This document shows positions 34,361 to 44,600 of a DNA stretch of 64,000 nucleotides, one piece after another. The DNA is taken from positions 5,958 to 69,957 of the forward strand of contig JAFZKD010000121.1 in assembly GCA_017553785.1 (NCBI GenBank). The letters run 5' to 3'. Under the pieces are notes generated by a model. The model ran no database searches, had not been told where the DNA came from, and saw nothing but the letters and a program-made list of their open reading frames with translations. A program made the translations under genes and the position numbers. Position 1 is the stretch's first letter. Each line of letters opens with the position of its first letter. The stretch is from Muribaculaceae bacterium. GTDB lineage: Bacteria > Bacteroidota > Bacteroidia > Bacteroidales > Muribaculaceae.

Positions 34361-34825
34361 TTATTGGCCGGGAGGATTGATGTTCTCATCGATGACCCCG
34401 AAATGGTAGGTTGTCAAGCACTTGCTTCTCACAACGACCTCGTCATCCAGCCAGATTTTGTATAATATCACCGTGCATACGGTGTTGCGCTCATATCGGT
34501 GGTAGGCGGTTTTATAGTTCCTGTAGATGTTGTCACATGCCGTGAGCACTCCAGGGTCGTCACCCTTGAGCGTGGGGGCAGGGTAGGTGTTCTTCAGGGC
34601 ATTCCTCATTTTCACGATGGTGGTGGACAGCACGCTGGACGGCATTGTTGATGATGTGCCCTGGCTCTCATCATCCTCAGTTAAATTGAGCTTGACCTGC
34701 GACTGGATGTGCAGATAGTAGCCGACGAGATAATCGGGCTCGTCGGTGCCGCATGATACCATTGCGGCCGCCCACAGCAGCATCATTAACCCCATCAGGA
34801 CAGGTATTGGATGTCTTGTTTTCAT
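34361..34825 (-). CDS. Hypothetical lipoprotein
   Basis: ATG 34825 (MKTRHP), lipobox MVSC-GTDE; shares YYL...MR.A....YP.P...G.D..V..ACD with 33483..33923. Confidence 0.7.
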   Translation of the reverse strand: MKTRHPIPVLMGLMMLLWAAAMVSCGTDEPDYLVGYYLHIQSQVKLNLTEDDESQGTSSTMPSSVLSTTIVKMRNALKNTYPAPTLKGDDPGVLTACDNIYRNYKTAYHRYERNTVCTVILYKIWLDDEVVVRSKCLTTYHFGVIDENINPPGQ

Positions 34826-34977
34826 ACCGTTTAGATCGTTCCTTGTTTTACAAAAGGCAAAGTTAGTATAATATTTGGTAAGTCGCTCATTTTTATAGCT
34901 TTTTAACGACAATCCGAGTTTTCATTGTTGAATATAAACAAGGAGTATGCAGTTTGAGAAGTACACGGGTACCAACG

Positions 34978-35033
34978 CTAGCGCCTAACATCTAAAGTCC
35001 AATGTCTAACGTCTAAAATCTAAAAACTAACGC
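34978..35033. repeat. Degenerate heptamer tandem repeat (CTAANNN x8)
   Basis: ctagcgc ctaacat ctaaagt ccaatgt ctaacgt ctaaaat ctaaaaa ctaacgc. Confidence 0.75.
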
Positions 35034-35064
35034 GAGAACTTGAATAATTTATTATATTTGCGGC

Positions 35065-36729
35065 ATGAAACGTTTGCTGTTGGTCATATTATTCGCTGTC
35101 ATGGCGCTCGTGGCTGTGGTCACGGGTTGTGGCGGGGCGCGCTATGACAGCCGCTTGGCGGCAGCCGACAGCCTGATGCATGACCACCCTGACAGCGCCC
35201 TGGCGCTGGTCGAGGCGGTCAGTCCCGCCAGCCTGACCACCGACGGCGACCGCGCCTACCGTGACCTGCTGCTTACCCAGGCCCGCTACCGTTGCTACAT
35301 CACCGCCACCAGCGACAGCGATATCAACCGTGCCCTGGACTACTACCGCCGCCACAGCGGCGAACGTGAAAAACTCACCCGCGCCTATATCTACAAGGGT
35401 GCCGTCATGGAAGAACTGGGCCACCCCGACAGCGCCATGTTCTACTACAAGCACGCCGAGGTCACTGCCAACGAAAAAGATTATGCAAATCTAGGACAAA
35501 TCAATACAAGGATTGCCGACCTATACCGAAGGTATTATGGTGATGAGCAGACATGTTTTGAAAAATATCAGCTCGCTTATCACTACCACACCCGATCAAC
35601 AAACAAAAAGCAGCAACTCAACAGCCTGTATAACATGATAATGATGAATGGCATCACTTGTCAAGAGAATTTGGAGGACCTTTACGACAAAGCCTATACA
35701 CTTGCCGAGGAACTTGGAGACAGCATGAGAATATATGAGCTGAATGAGATGAAATGCAGACAGTTATCACGCAACGACACAACACATGAAGAAGCCAAAA
35801 GGCTGGCACTTGATTGTCTGTCAGATTTCAGCCAATACATCAGTAATGATCTTTTACTGGATCTAGCCTATCTCTACTGCATGGAAGATAAGACCGACTC
35901 GGCAAGTATGATTCTTCATATCGTTGATGAGAATGCAAATCCGAAAGAAGTTAACATTAATATCCGAAAGAACGAAATCCAATCCATTATAGCAAGGCGG
36001 CAAGGCGATTCCGCAAAAAGCGGAATGTATGCAGCGCAAAGCAGTCAATTGTTCGACTCTATCAAGAACGTTACAGACAAATACAGCTTCGAGAAAATCG
36101 AGAGTGATTTTAACAAAGTTCAGCATGTGACCACGCGGTCAACCGTCAACCGCCTTAAGTGGATGGTCATCGTCCTATCGATAATTGGCGTTGTTTTTAT
36201 TGTCTCGTTTGCTGCGTTATATTTTAGCAGGCTGAAATACACAAAAACCATCATCAAGGAACTGGAAAATACTGAAATCAACGGTCATGAAGACCTGTTC
36301 AGCCAACTTGATGCCCAAAGCACTGTCATTGAACGGTTGCTCAACAACCTTGTGACGTTTATGAAGTCTTGTGCTGGAATTGGGATGCAGTGTTCTACAA
36401 CAGAAACAGCACAGAAAATAAAAGAAGCTATCGTCAATGTGGCTAATGATGATTTTTGGGAAGAACTCGCAGCATATATCGAAAGGCATCATGCTGGAGT
36501 CAACACTGCAATAAAGAAGAATCCACATCTCACGAAGAATGAAATCCGATTGATTGAACTTGCTTGTTGCGGGTTTTCTGATCTGGAAATAGCTATCATT
36601 CTCGGGTATTCTACTAGTTATGTCAGCAATAAGAGAGGCATCATCGCTAGCAAGATGCAGATTGATATGCCCCTGAAGATGTACCTTAACATCCTAATGA
36701 AGGATGGAGCCCATACAAATAACTACTAG
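35065..36729 (+). CDS. Membrane-spanning one-component regulator: periplasmic TPR, TM helix, C-terminal LuxR-like HTH
   Basis: Lipobox VTGC, ADSLM...PDSAL TPR start, TM at ~365-387, LTKNE...I.L..CGFS..EIA.ILG. Confidence 0.8.
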   Translation: MKRLLLVILFAVMALVAVVTGCGGARYDSRLAAADSLMHDHPDSALALVEAVSPASLTTDGDRAYRDLLLTQARYRCYITATSDSDINRALDYYRRHSGEREKLTRAYIYKGAVMEELGHPDSAMFYYKHAEVTANEKDYANLGQINTRIADLYRRYYGDEQTCFEKYQLAYHYHTRSTNKKQQLNSLYNMIMMNGITCQENLEDLYDKAYTLAEELGDSMRIYELNEMKCRQLSRNDTTHEEAKRLALDCLSDFSQYISNDLLLDLAYLYCMEDKTDSASMILHIVDENANPKEVNINIRKNEIQSIIARRQGDSAKSGMYAAQSSQLFDSIKNVTDKYSFEKIESDFNKVQHVTTRSTVNRLKWMVIVLSIIGVVFIVSFAALYFSRLKYTKTIIKELENTEINGHEDLFSQLDAQSTVIERLLNNLVTFMKSCAGIGMQCSTTETAQKIKEAIVNVANDDFWEELAAYIERHHAGVNTAIKKNPHLTKNEIRLIELACCGFSDLEIAIILGYSTSYVSNKRGIIASKMQIDMPLKMYLNILMKDGAHTNNY

Positions 36730-36982
36730 AAACAGTAGTTTTCAACTTCACATTTTCAATCATTTTTGTTCATAAGTTGACCAAAACGGGTCAATCAAGG
36801 GTCATTTTCATGTGTTTTTGACCACCTTTCTTCACATTGCGTTTATAATCAGTTGATATACAAAGCTTTAAAAATGTGAAGACATCACATTGCTTTTTTA
36901 CTGGAATTGCTTTGGAATGATAGGAAAATTCATTATAATTTTGTTTTAAAATTTGTTTTATTTATACTTAATTGTCAAAAGA

Positions 36983-37354
36983 ATGAAGAAACACATTATT
37001 GCATTAGTACTATTATCCAGTTTTTCTTTTACGCTCTCGTTAGGGGCTCCGAATGAGATTGTTTTGCGGAATACCGGTCAGCAAGATAATCACTTTGAGT
37101 TTCCTGTTCCTGCCGATCAGCCGGATGTGTATTATGACTCCGATAATCAGCAGATCATCATTGACGGATTGGGCGAAGTGAATTACTATGACGTGGAGAT
37201 CGCCTCGGTTTCCACATGGACAGTCGTGATCTCGACTCAGGTCAACGGCTACTACGACACCATCGACGTGTCGTCTCTCCCCATGGGCGAGTACTGCATC
37301 ACCATCGACTCTCCCACGGGCAACTCCTTCGAGGGGTTCTTCGACACCTATTAA
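36983..37354 (+). CDS. Small secreted DUF3244-like Ig-fold protein
   Basis: Signal peptide; ends IDVSSLP.GEY.ITI.....SFEGFF; lies directly after the TPR-HTH regulator. Confidence 0.7.
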   Translation: MKKHIIALVLLSSFSFTLSLGAPNEIVLRNTGQQDNHFEFPVPADQPDVYYDSDNQQIIIDGLGEVNYYDVEIASVSTWTVVISTQVNGYYDTIDVSSLPMGEYCITIDSPTGNSFEGFFDTY

Positions 37355-37390
37355 AAATGCCCGTTTCATCCATTGAAATGGGCGTTTTTT
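37354..37390 (+). terminator. Intrinsic terminator between the DUF3244-like gene and the effector genes
   Basis: AAAATGCCCGTTTCA...TGAAATGGGCGTTTTTT. Confidence 0.75.
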
Positions 37391-37438
37391 GATTTACAAC
37401 ACATTTTTATTAATCATATCAAATTTTCTTTTGTAACA

Positions 37439-38275
37439 ATGAAAAAAATTTTGACTCTTTTATTTGTGCTGGTTGCCGCCACAGGCACGAACAACGCAAG
37501 CAACTACTTCACACTGCGAACCGATTTTGCCACTCCGGTCAATGACACGATCAGGATTGATCCCAGTTTTGCGAACACGTTTTGCAAGTTTTATGCGATG
37601 TCCCACTTTGAGGGTTATCTGGACCATTGGTATCTGATGATGAGTTATCCCAATGACATGACTGTATACAACGAAACCTATAATCCTGATCCCTTTGTTG
37701 AAGTCATTACACGTGGACCGGAAATGAAGATACCATATATCAATAGTGGCGGCACTGTTGACACTTGTCATGCCAGTTTACTCATCCTCACCCTCAACGC
37801 GTATCTAACTGATACAACCAAGACCACTATTTTCTCATCCACCATCACAGACCGCGGTTACTGGGATCCGAACAATGACGGCAACTATGAATGCTACGGC
37901 ACCGTCAAGTGGTGTAACGGATACCATGATTACATGTTTTTCTTCAACATGTTCATCCCTTACGGCAAGTTGCATGCCGACATCACCCTGGATGCTGCCT
38001 TGTCTTCCACCGACGATTGGCGTGGAGTACCGACCGTAACCATGCCTCAAGCATTAAAGACCATCCATGTCAAGGTGGGCTTCAAAAAAGGAGACGTGAA
38101 CGGTGACGGCATAGTGGACTCATATGACATGACCGTTCTCACCGACTGGCTGCTATATGGCTTCGGAGATGCCAGCGTGTACCAGATTGCCGCCAGTGAC
38201 GTGAACGAAAACGGGGTGGTCGACTTGAATGATCTCACCGCCCTCATTGACCTCCTGTTGGCATTAGAGGAATGA
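37439..38275 (+). CDS. Secreted protein with a C-terminal dockerin
   Basis: MKKILTLL signal peptide; GDVNGDGIVD..D...L and DVNENGVVDLNDLTALID. Confidence 0.8.
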   Translation: MKKILTLLFVLVAATGTNNASNYFTLRTDFATPVNDTIRIDPSFANTFCKFYAMSHFEGYLDHWYLMMSYPNDMTVYNETYNPDPFVEVITRGPEMKIPYINSGGTVDTCHASLLILTLNAYLTDTTKTTIFSSTITDRGYWDPNNDGNYECYGTVKWCNGYHDYMFFFNMFIPYGKLHADITLDAALSSTDDWRGVPTVTMPQALKTIHVKVGFKKGDVNGDGIVDSYDMTVLTDWLLYGFGDASVYQIAASDVNENGVVDLNDLTALIDLLLALEE

Positions 38276-38353
38276 TGTCTTCCGTGTCATGTTAAAATCA
38301 GGAGAAATATCACAGAACATCAAATAACAATCAATCATTTAGAAGAAACGATT

Positions 38354-39367
38354 ATGGAACGAAACATTTTTACTAAAGCTGCCATCGCACTTCTGTTGTG
38401 GGTGTCGCTGTTTCCCTTCGGTGCCGATGCCATGCCAATGCTTCGTGGAGACATCATCCCCGACAACAAGATCACCATCGAGGATGTGGTGTCACTGATT
38501 GAGCACCTGCTCCTGGACATGAATGAGGCCCGTTGTGACGTCAACGCAGACGCGAAAGTCGACATTAATGATGTCACTACCCTGATAGACTACCTGCTGA
38601 CAGGAGAATGGGACTATGGTTATACAGCTCCCGAGATACCTGACAATGCGGAGGTGTTCACCGTGAACGGGGTGACGTTCGCCATGATCCTTGTTGAGGG
38701 CGCCGACAACATCAGTTCTTACAGCGGTTATCAAAACGACTCCACCTACGGTACAAAGTTTGTGAGCATGGGTGACTTCTATATGGGTCAGACCGAGGTG
38801 ACCTATGCCCTGTGGTCCGCCGTGATGGGCACCCCGATTGAGCCGACCTTGACGGTGCCGATCGAACCGACTCCGATGCAGCCCGTCGAGTGCGTCTCAT
38901 GGGAGAATTGCCAGGAGTTCATTTCCCGTCTGAACGAGCTGACTGGCCGTGAATTCCACCTGCCGACAGTCGCCCAGTGGCGGTGGGCGAAACGTGGTGG
39001 CATACACACCCAGCACTATCTTTATGCCGGCAGTAACGACGTCGACGAGGTGGCATGGGTATTAACTAACAGGCCCTATCCGTTCGGTAGCGGTTTGACC
39101 TTTCCTGTTGGGATGAAAAAGCCCAACGAGATAGGTCTGTATGACATGAACGGCAATGTCCGCGAATACACGCATAATTGTATTGCAACGCAAGGCGACG
39201 AACTGGTTGAACCCGGACCGCAGGACTATACAATTGAAGCAATGGGAGGCAGCGCCGATGATGCAGCCTACTATGCAGGCGAAATCATCTATTGGGAAAC
39301 CATGGATGTTAACAAGGGTGGCCGATATGGCCTGGTGGGCATGCGCTTGGCGCTGCAGAAGGACTAG
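38354..39367 (+). CDS. Dockerin + FGE-sulfatase (SUMF1/CLec-fold) domain protein
   Basis: N-terminal dockerin; GQTEVT, PVECVSW, LPT.AQW, PNEIGLYDMNGNV.E, GMRL. Confidence 0.85.
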   Translation: MERNIFTKAAIALLLWVSLFPFGADAMPMLRGDIIPDNKITIEDVVSLIEHLLLDMNEARCDVNADAKVDINDVTTLIDYLLTGEWDYGYTAPEIPDNAEVFTVNGVTFAMILVEGADNISSYSGYQNDSTYGTKFVSMGDFYMGQTEVTYALWSAVMGTPIEPTLTVPIEPTPMQPVECVSWENCQEFISRLNELTGREFHLPTVAQWRWAKRGGIHTQHYLYAGSNDVDEVAWVLTNRPYPFGSGLTFPVGMKKPNEIGLYDMNGNVREYTHNCIATQGDELVEPGPQDYTIEAMGGSADDAAYYAGEIIYWETMDVNKGGRYGLVGMRLALQKD

Positions 39368-39416
39368 CGGTAGCCCGACGTCAGAGGCTTGAACTTACAA
39401 AGACAGGCAATTATGA

Positions 39417-39458
39417 TTCAGGTTGGCAAAGTGGAAATTTCCACTTTGCCAACCTGAA
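39417..39458. repeat. Perfect 42-bp palindrome with no spacer
   Basis: TTCAGGTTGGCAAAGTGGAAA|TTTCCACTTTGCCAACCTGAA. Confidence 0.9.
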
Positions 39459-39599
39459 GTGTAAAGGTAAATGCCACAATTCACCATATCATACAGCTGA
39501 ACCGAATTTTGGTGCGGTTGTCCTATATTTTTGTTGTCTTTTTGGGTGATTTTAGGGGAAAATGTTTACCTTTGTCGGTTAAACGCTTAGTAAAGGATT

Positions 39600-41588
39600 A
39601 TGGCAAAGAAAAAGAATCTTGTGGTGCCCGATTACGGGCTGGTGCGTGTTGCGGCAGTTGTGCCCCGGGTGAGTGTTGCCGATGTCGAGAGCAATGTGGC
39701 GGGTATCGTCGAGGGTATTGATGGTGCCGTCAAGGTTGGTGCCCACATCGTGGTGCTGCCCGAATTGTGTGTGACGGGTTACACGTGTGCCGACCTGTTC
39801 GGCAACGAGCTGTTGCTTGATGCCGCCGAGCAGGCGCTAGTCACGTTGTGTGACCGTTACAAGGACACACCCGTGATGGCTGTCGTGGGCGCACCGTTGC
39901 GTTGCAGCGGCCACCTGTTCAACTGCGCCGTAGTCATCAACGGTGGCGAGATGTGGGCGGTGCCCAAGACCTATATCCCCAACTACAAGGAGTTTTATGA
40001 GAAACGTTGGTTCACTTCGAGCAACATCGCCGCTCTGGCCGGCAAGGACAGTATCGTTGTCGCTGGCAGGGAGGTGTATTTCGGGACCGGCCTGATTTTT
40101 GAGGCTGGCCGCGCGCGTGTCGCGGTCGAGGTGTGCGAGGACCTGTGGGTTCCCTCGCCGCCCAGCAGCATCGCTGCCATCAACGGTGCCAACGTGATTG
40201 TCAACCTGTCGGCGAGCAACGAGGTCATCGGCAAGCACACCTACCTCATGGACCTGATCAAGAGCCAGAGTGCGAGATGCATAGCCGCCTATGTGTATGC
40301 CTCGTGCGGATACGGCGAATCGACGACCGATCTGGTGTTTGGCGGCAATGCAGTCGTCGCCGAAAACGGCAAAGTGCTGGCCGAGGGAGAGCGCTTTACC
40401 ACGCAGCCCCAGATGGCGGAGGCCGACATCGACATCGCCGCACTGGAGAACGAGCGTCGTGTGAACGGCAGTTTTGCCGACAGCATGGTGCAGTTCGGCA
40501 CGAAGTTCGAGCACATTGCCTTGAAGGTCGCCGGGATTATCGATTATGAAAAAGTGGAGTTGCGGCGCCCCGTTCGCCGCCTGCCCTTTGTGCCTGTCGA
40601 AGATGACCGCTTGAATGCCCGCTGCGAGGAGATTATCTCCATCCAGACTGAGGGCCTGATGCGCCGCTTGGACTTTACCGGCATCCCTGCGATTGTGGTG
40701 GGCGTGTCGGGCGGCCTGGACTCGACGCTGGCGTTGCTGGTTGCCGTCCGCACTATTGACCGCATGGGCCGTGACCGCAAGACCATCCACGCCATCACCA
40801 TGCCGGGCTTCGGTACTACTGACCGCACCTATACCAACGCCTGTGCCATGGTCAAGTCGCTAGGCGTGACGTTGCATGAGATCAGCATCGCCGATGCCGT
40901 GACCCAGCATTTCAAGGATATCGGCCATGACCCTAAGGTGCATGACGTGACCTATGAGAACAGCCAGGCACGAGAGCGCACCCAGTTGCTGATGGACTTC
41001 TCCAACAAGGTCAACGGCCTCGTGCTGGGCACGGGCGACCTGTCGGAGCTGGCGCTGGGCTGGGCCACATATAACGGCGACCACATGTCGATGTACAACG
41101 TGAACGTGAGCATTCCCAAGACGCTGGTGCGCCACCTGGTGCGCTGGTTTGCCACCTCGCTGGATGACGGCAGCAAGAAGGGCAAGGCCATCCGCGCCAC
41201 GCTGCTCGACGTGCTCGACACGCCCATCAGTCCCGAGCTGACCCCTGCCGCCAAGGACGGAACCATCCTGCAGGTCACCGAGGACATCGTGGGTCCCTAC
41301 GAGCTGCACGATTTCTTCCTGTATAACATGTTGCGCTATGGCTACACGCCCGCCAAGCTGTATCTGCTGGCGCGCAAGGCCTTCGAGGGCGAGTATGACA
41401 ACATGACCATCAAGAAGTGGTTGCGCACCTTTGTGCGCCGTTTCTTTGCCCAGCAGTTCAAGCGCTCATGCCTGCCCGACGGCCCCAAGGTGGGTAGCGT
41501 GTCGCTGTCGCCTCGCGGTGACTGGCGTATGCCCAGCGACGCCTCGTCGCGCCTGTGGCTGGCCCAATGTGATCAGCTTCCCGATTGA
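39600..41588 (+). CDS. nadE: Glutamine-dependent NAD+ synthetase
   Basis: PEL..TGY, EFYEKRWF, EVCEDLW, GVSGGLDS, YENSQARER, QQFKRSCLPDGPK. Confidence 0.95.
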   Translation: MAKKKNLVVPDYGLVRVAAVVPRVSVADVESNVAGIVEGIDGAVKVGAHIVVLPELCVTGYTCADLFGNELLLDAAEQALVTLCDRYKDTPVMAVVGAPLRCSGHLFNCAVVINGGEMWAVPKTYIPNYKEFYEKRWFTSSNIAALAGKDSIVVAGREVYFGTGLIFEAGRARVAVEVCEDLWVPSPPSSIAAINGANVIVNLSASNEVIGKHTYLMDLIKSQSARCIAAYVYASCGYGESTTDLVFGGNAVVAENGKVLAEGERFTTQPQMAEADIDIAALENERRVNGSFADSMVQFGTKFEHIALKVAGIIDYEKVELRRPVRRLPFVPVEDDRLNARCEEIISIQTEGLMRRLDFTGIPAIVVGVSGGLDSTLALLVAVRTIDRMGRDRKTIHAITMPGFGTTDRTYTNACAMVKSLGVTLHEISIADAVTQHFKDIGHDPKVHDVTYENSQARERTQLLMDFSNKVNGLVLGTGDLSELALGWATYNGDHMSMYNVNVSIPKTLVRHLVRWFATSLDDGSKKGKAIRATLLDVLDTPISPELTPAAKDGTILQVTEDIVGPYELHDFFLYNMLRYGYTPAKLYLLARKAFEGEYDNMTIKKWLRTFVRRFFAQQFKRSCLPDGPKVGSVSLSPRGDWRMPSDASSRLWLAQCDQLPD

Positions 41589-41657
41589 AAAACATTTTTT
41601 AAGTATCGTTTTGCTGGCAATGGCATTGGATTTGCAGTGGAATGCTAAAACAGTAGC

Positions 41658-44600
41658 ATGAGCATCTCAAGAAGGACATACAATTTGTTGCGCAGTGTTG
41701 TGGTCACCACACTGGTGACCATCGTTGCCGCGTTCGCCTTATTGTATCTGTTCCTGCTCTTGCCGCCACTGCAGCAGCGTCTGTGCCAAAAGGGAGAGAA
41801 GGCCTTGAGCGAATACCTCAACACCACGGTAGATATCGGGTCGGTTTCCATCACCCCGTTCAATCAGTTGGAACTCAACAATGTCCTTGTGAATGACCAG
41901 CAGGGCGATTCCCTGCTGATGATCGACAAACTGGGAGCGGGAATCAGCCTTAAAGACCTGATTGCCAACAGGCGTATCGTCATCACCTATGGTGAGATTA
42001 TCGGTCTCAACGGCCATGTGACGCGCCCCGACAAGTCCAGCCCCACCAACATGCAGTTCATCATTGACGCGTTCAAGCCTAAGGAAGACAAGCCGCCCAA
42101 GCCCTTTGATGTCCAGGTCAATACTGTGGTGGTGCGCAAGTCCTCGATCTCCTATGATGTGCTGGACCAGCCCTGCAAACCCGGAGCGTTTGATGTCAAC
42201 CACCTGAACGTGAAAAACCTGCGTGCCGACCTCTCGTTGCCGCAGTTGAGAAACAATGATTTTGACATCCGTGTGAAGCGTCTCTCTTTTGACGAAGGAA
42301 GCGGTTTCACGCTCTCGCGTTTATCCACCGATGTCCACATTACGGATAATACCCTGGATGTCAAGAATATCAGCGTGAAGTTGCCGAACAGTGACATCCA
42401 TTTGGATGACATTCAGCTAAAGTATAGCTCCCTCAAGAATCTGGCCAGCGAGATTGCCCAGATGCCCATCGCCGTGAGCACTCCCGGCAGTGTCGTCACT
42501 TTCTCGGATCTTGGCGCTTTCGTACCCCAATTCAGGCAGTTGAACCATCCCTTTAAAATCTCGACAACCGTAGTGCGGGACGGTCAGCGCATCGAGGTTC
42601 CCGTCCTTAGCCTGCGTTCCAAGGACGAAGGCTTGTCGCTCTATGCCCACGGCGGTGTCACCTTGCCCACGAGTGGCGGATACCACTCGCTGAGTCTTGA
42701 CCGCATCGACTTGGATGCCAACGCTAATTCCATCGCCAAAGTGGTCAGCCTGGTGCCGGGCCTGACGCCCGAAGCCCGCAGCCTCATCTCGCGATGCGGA
42801 AATGTCGCCATTGACGGTGAGTTGCACACCACGCCAAGCGTCATCAAGTTCAATGGTGATGTGGGGACTTCGCTGGGTCGCGTCAATCTGAACGGCACGT
42901 TGATCCAGCAGCAGGGCGCGTCGCGATTCTCGGGCCAGGTCAAGACCGATGGCCTGCGCTTGGGCACCTTGCTCGATAAGCAGGGACTGATCGACGATGT
43001 GGCGATGGATGCCCATGTTGACGCTGTGATGAAAAACAAAGACATTTCAGGTCATCTGCAGGGTCATATCTCACATGTGGACTTTAAGGGCGTCCGTTAT
43101 CACGATATCAATGCCGACATTGATAAGCAGGGCAACCAATTCACGGGCTCGTTGGCGATGAATGACCCTAATGGCCAGGTCCATGTTGATGGCCAGGCAC
43201 TGCTCGACGGGGTGAATTCGACATATGACGTGAATATTGTCACCGAAGACCTCAACTTATTGAGGATGGGTCTCACCAACAAATATCCCGACCACCGTTT
43301 GGCGGCCAAAGCGACCGCCTCGTTCTGGGGCAACTCGTTGGACAATATCACCGGTCACGTCCAGCTCAACGACGTGGCTTTCACCGACGCCAAGGGTGAA
43401 GGGTTGCGCATCAACAATCTGCAGCTTGACTCAGACAACAATGACGACTATGAAAAAGTCATCAACGTGGTCAGTGACCACGTGAGCGGGTATATTGAGG
43501 GTGAGTTCGACTTCAAGACGATTGTGCCCACGATCAAGCACATGCTTGCCCGCACATTCCCCCTTTATTTCGAGGATTATGCCCCATATACCCATGCCGG
43601 TCCTGCCAATGACGTGACATTTGACTTCACCGTGCATCCCGATGATGAACTGAACCGAATGCTTAATTTGCCCGTGTATCCGTTCTTCTCCTATACGGTC
43701 AAGGGTGGTCTCTCGGAAAGCAATAACACCTTTGACATGACGCTTGACGCTCCGTTCATGAGGCAAGGCAACAAGATTATCACGGGAACACATCTCGTGG
43801 CTAGCCTTGACAGCCTCACGAACGAAGTCAAACTGGAAGCCCGGTCGTCCTATCCTGTCAAGAACGGCAAGAAGGTTGATTTGAACTTGATGGCTATAGG
43901 TTTGGATAACCGCATCAATGCCAATTTGGGGTGGCGTGTCCAGGGCGACACGACGCTTGAAAACTTGGGTGACTTCCATGGTGACTTCAATTTGTGCACG
44001 TTGCTCAATCGAAGCGATCACGGTAAACTCAATGCCGAGATCGATGTCAATCCGTCTATCATGGTGATCAATGACACGATATGGAATATCGCCAAAGGCC
44101 ATATCGATATCGATGACGGCACGGTCACTGTCAATAATGTCGCGGGTAGTCATGCCCAGCAGCTGATACGCATCAATGGCAAGGCATCACATGATCCTGA
44201 TGACGAAATCTGCCTGGAATTGAATGATGTGAATCTGGATTATGTGTTTGAAACGCTTGCGATCGACCATGTGGCGTTTGGCGGCAGGGCAACCAGCAAG
44301 GTCTTTGCCGGTGACCTGTTCTCGGGCACTCCACGCCTTTACACGCCCAGTTTGTTCATCAAGGATATCTCCTACAATCAGGCGCTCATGGGAGACATCG
44401 ACATCAAGGCGAACTTCGACAATGAGAGTAAAGGCATCATTGTCAGTGGCGACATAGCGCAACGCAATGGCCGTCACAGCACACTCGATGGCGGCATCTA
44501 TGTCGCCGATGACTCATTAGACATCCTGTTTAAGACCGACCATGCGAATGCGGCTTTCCTGAAACCGTATATGGCGGCCTTTACCGCCGATGTGCAGGGA

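Noticed and set aside
38354-39367. Complete diversity-generating retroelement
   Set aside because: No reverse transcriptase, Avd or template repeat found in the window.
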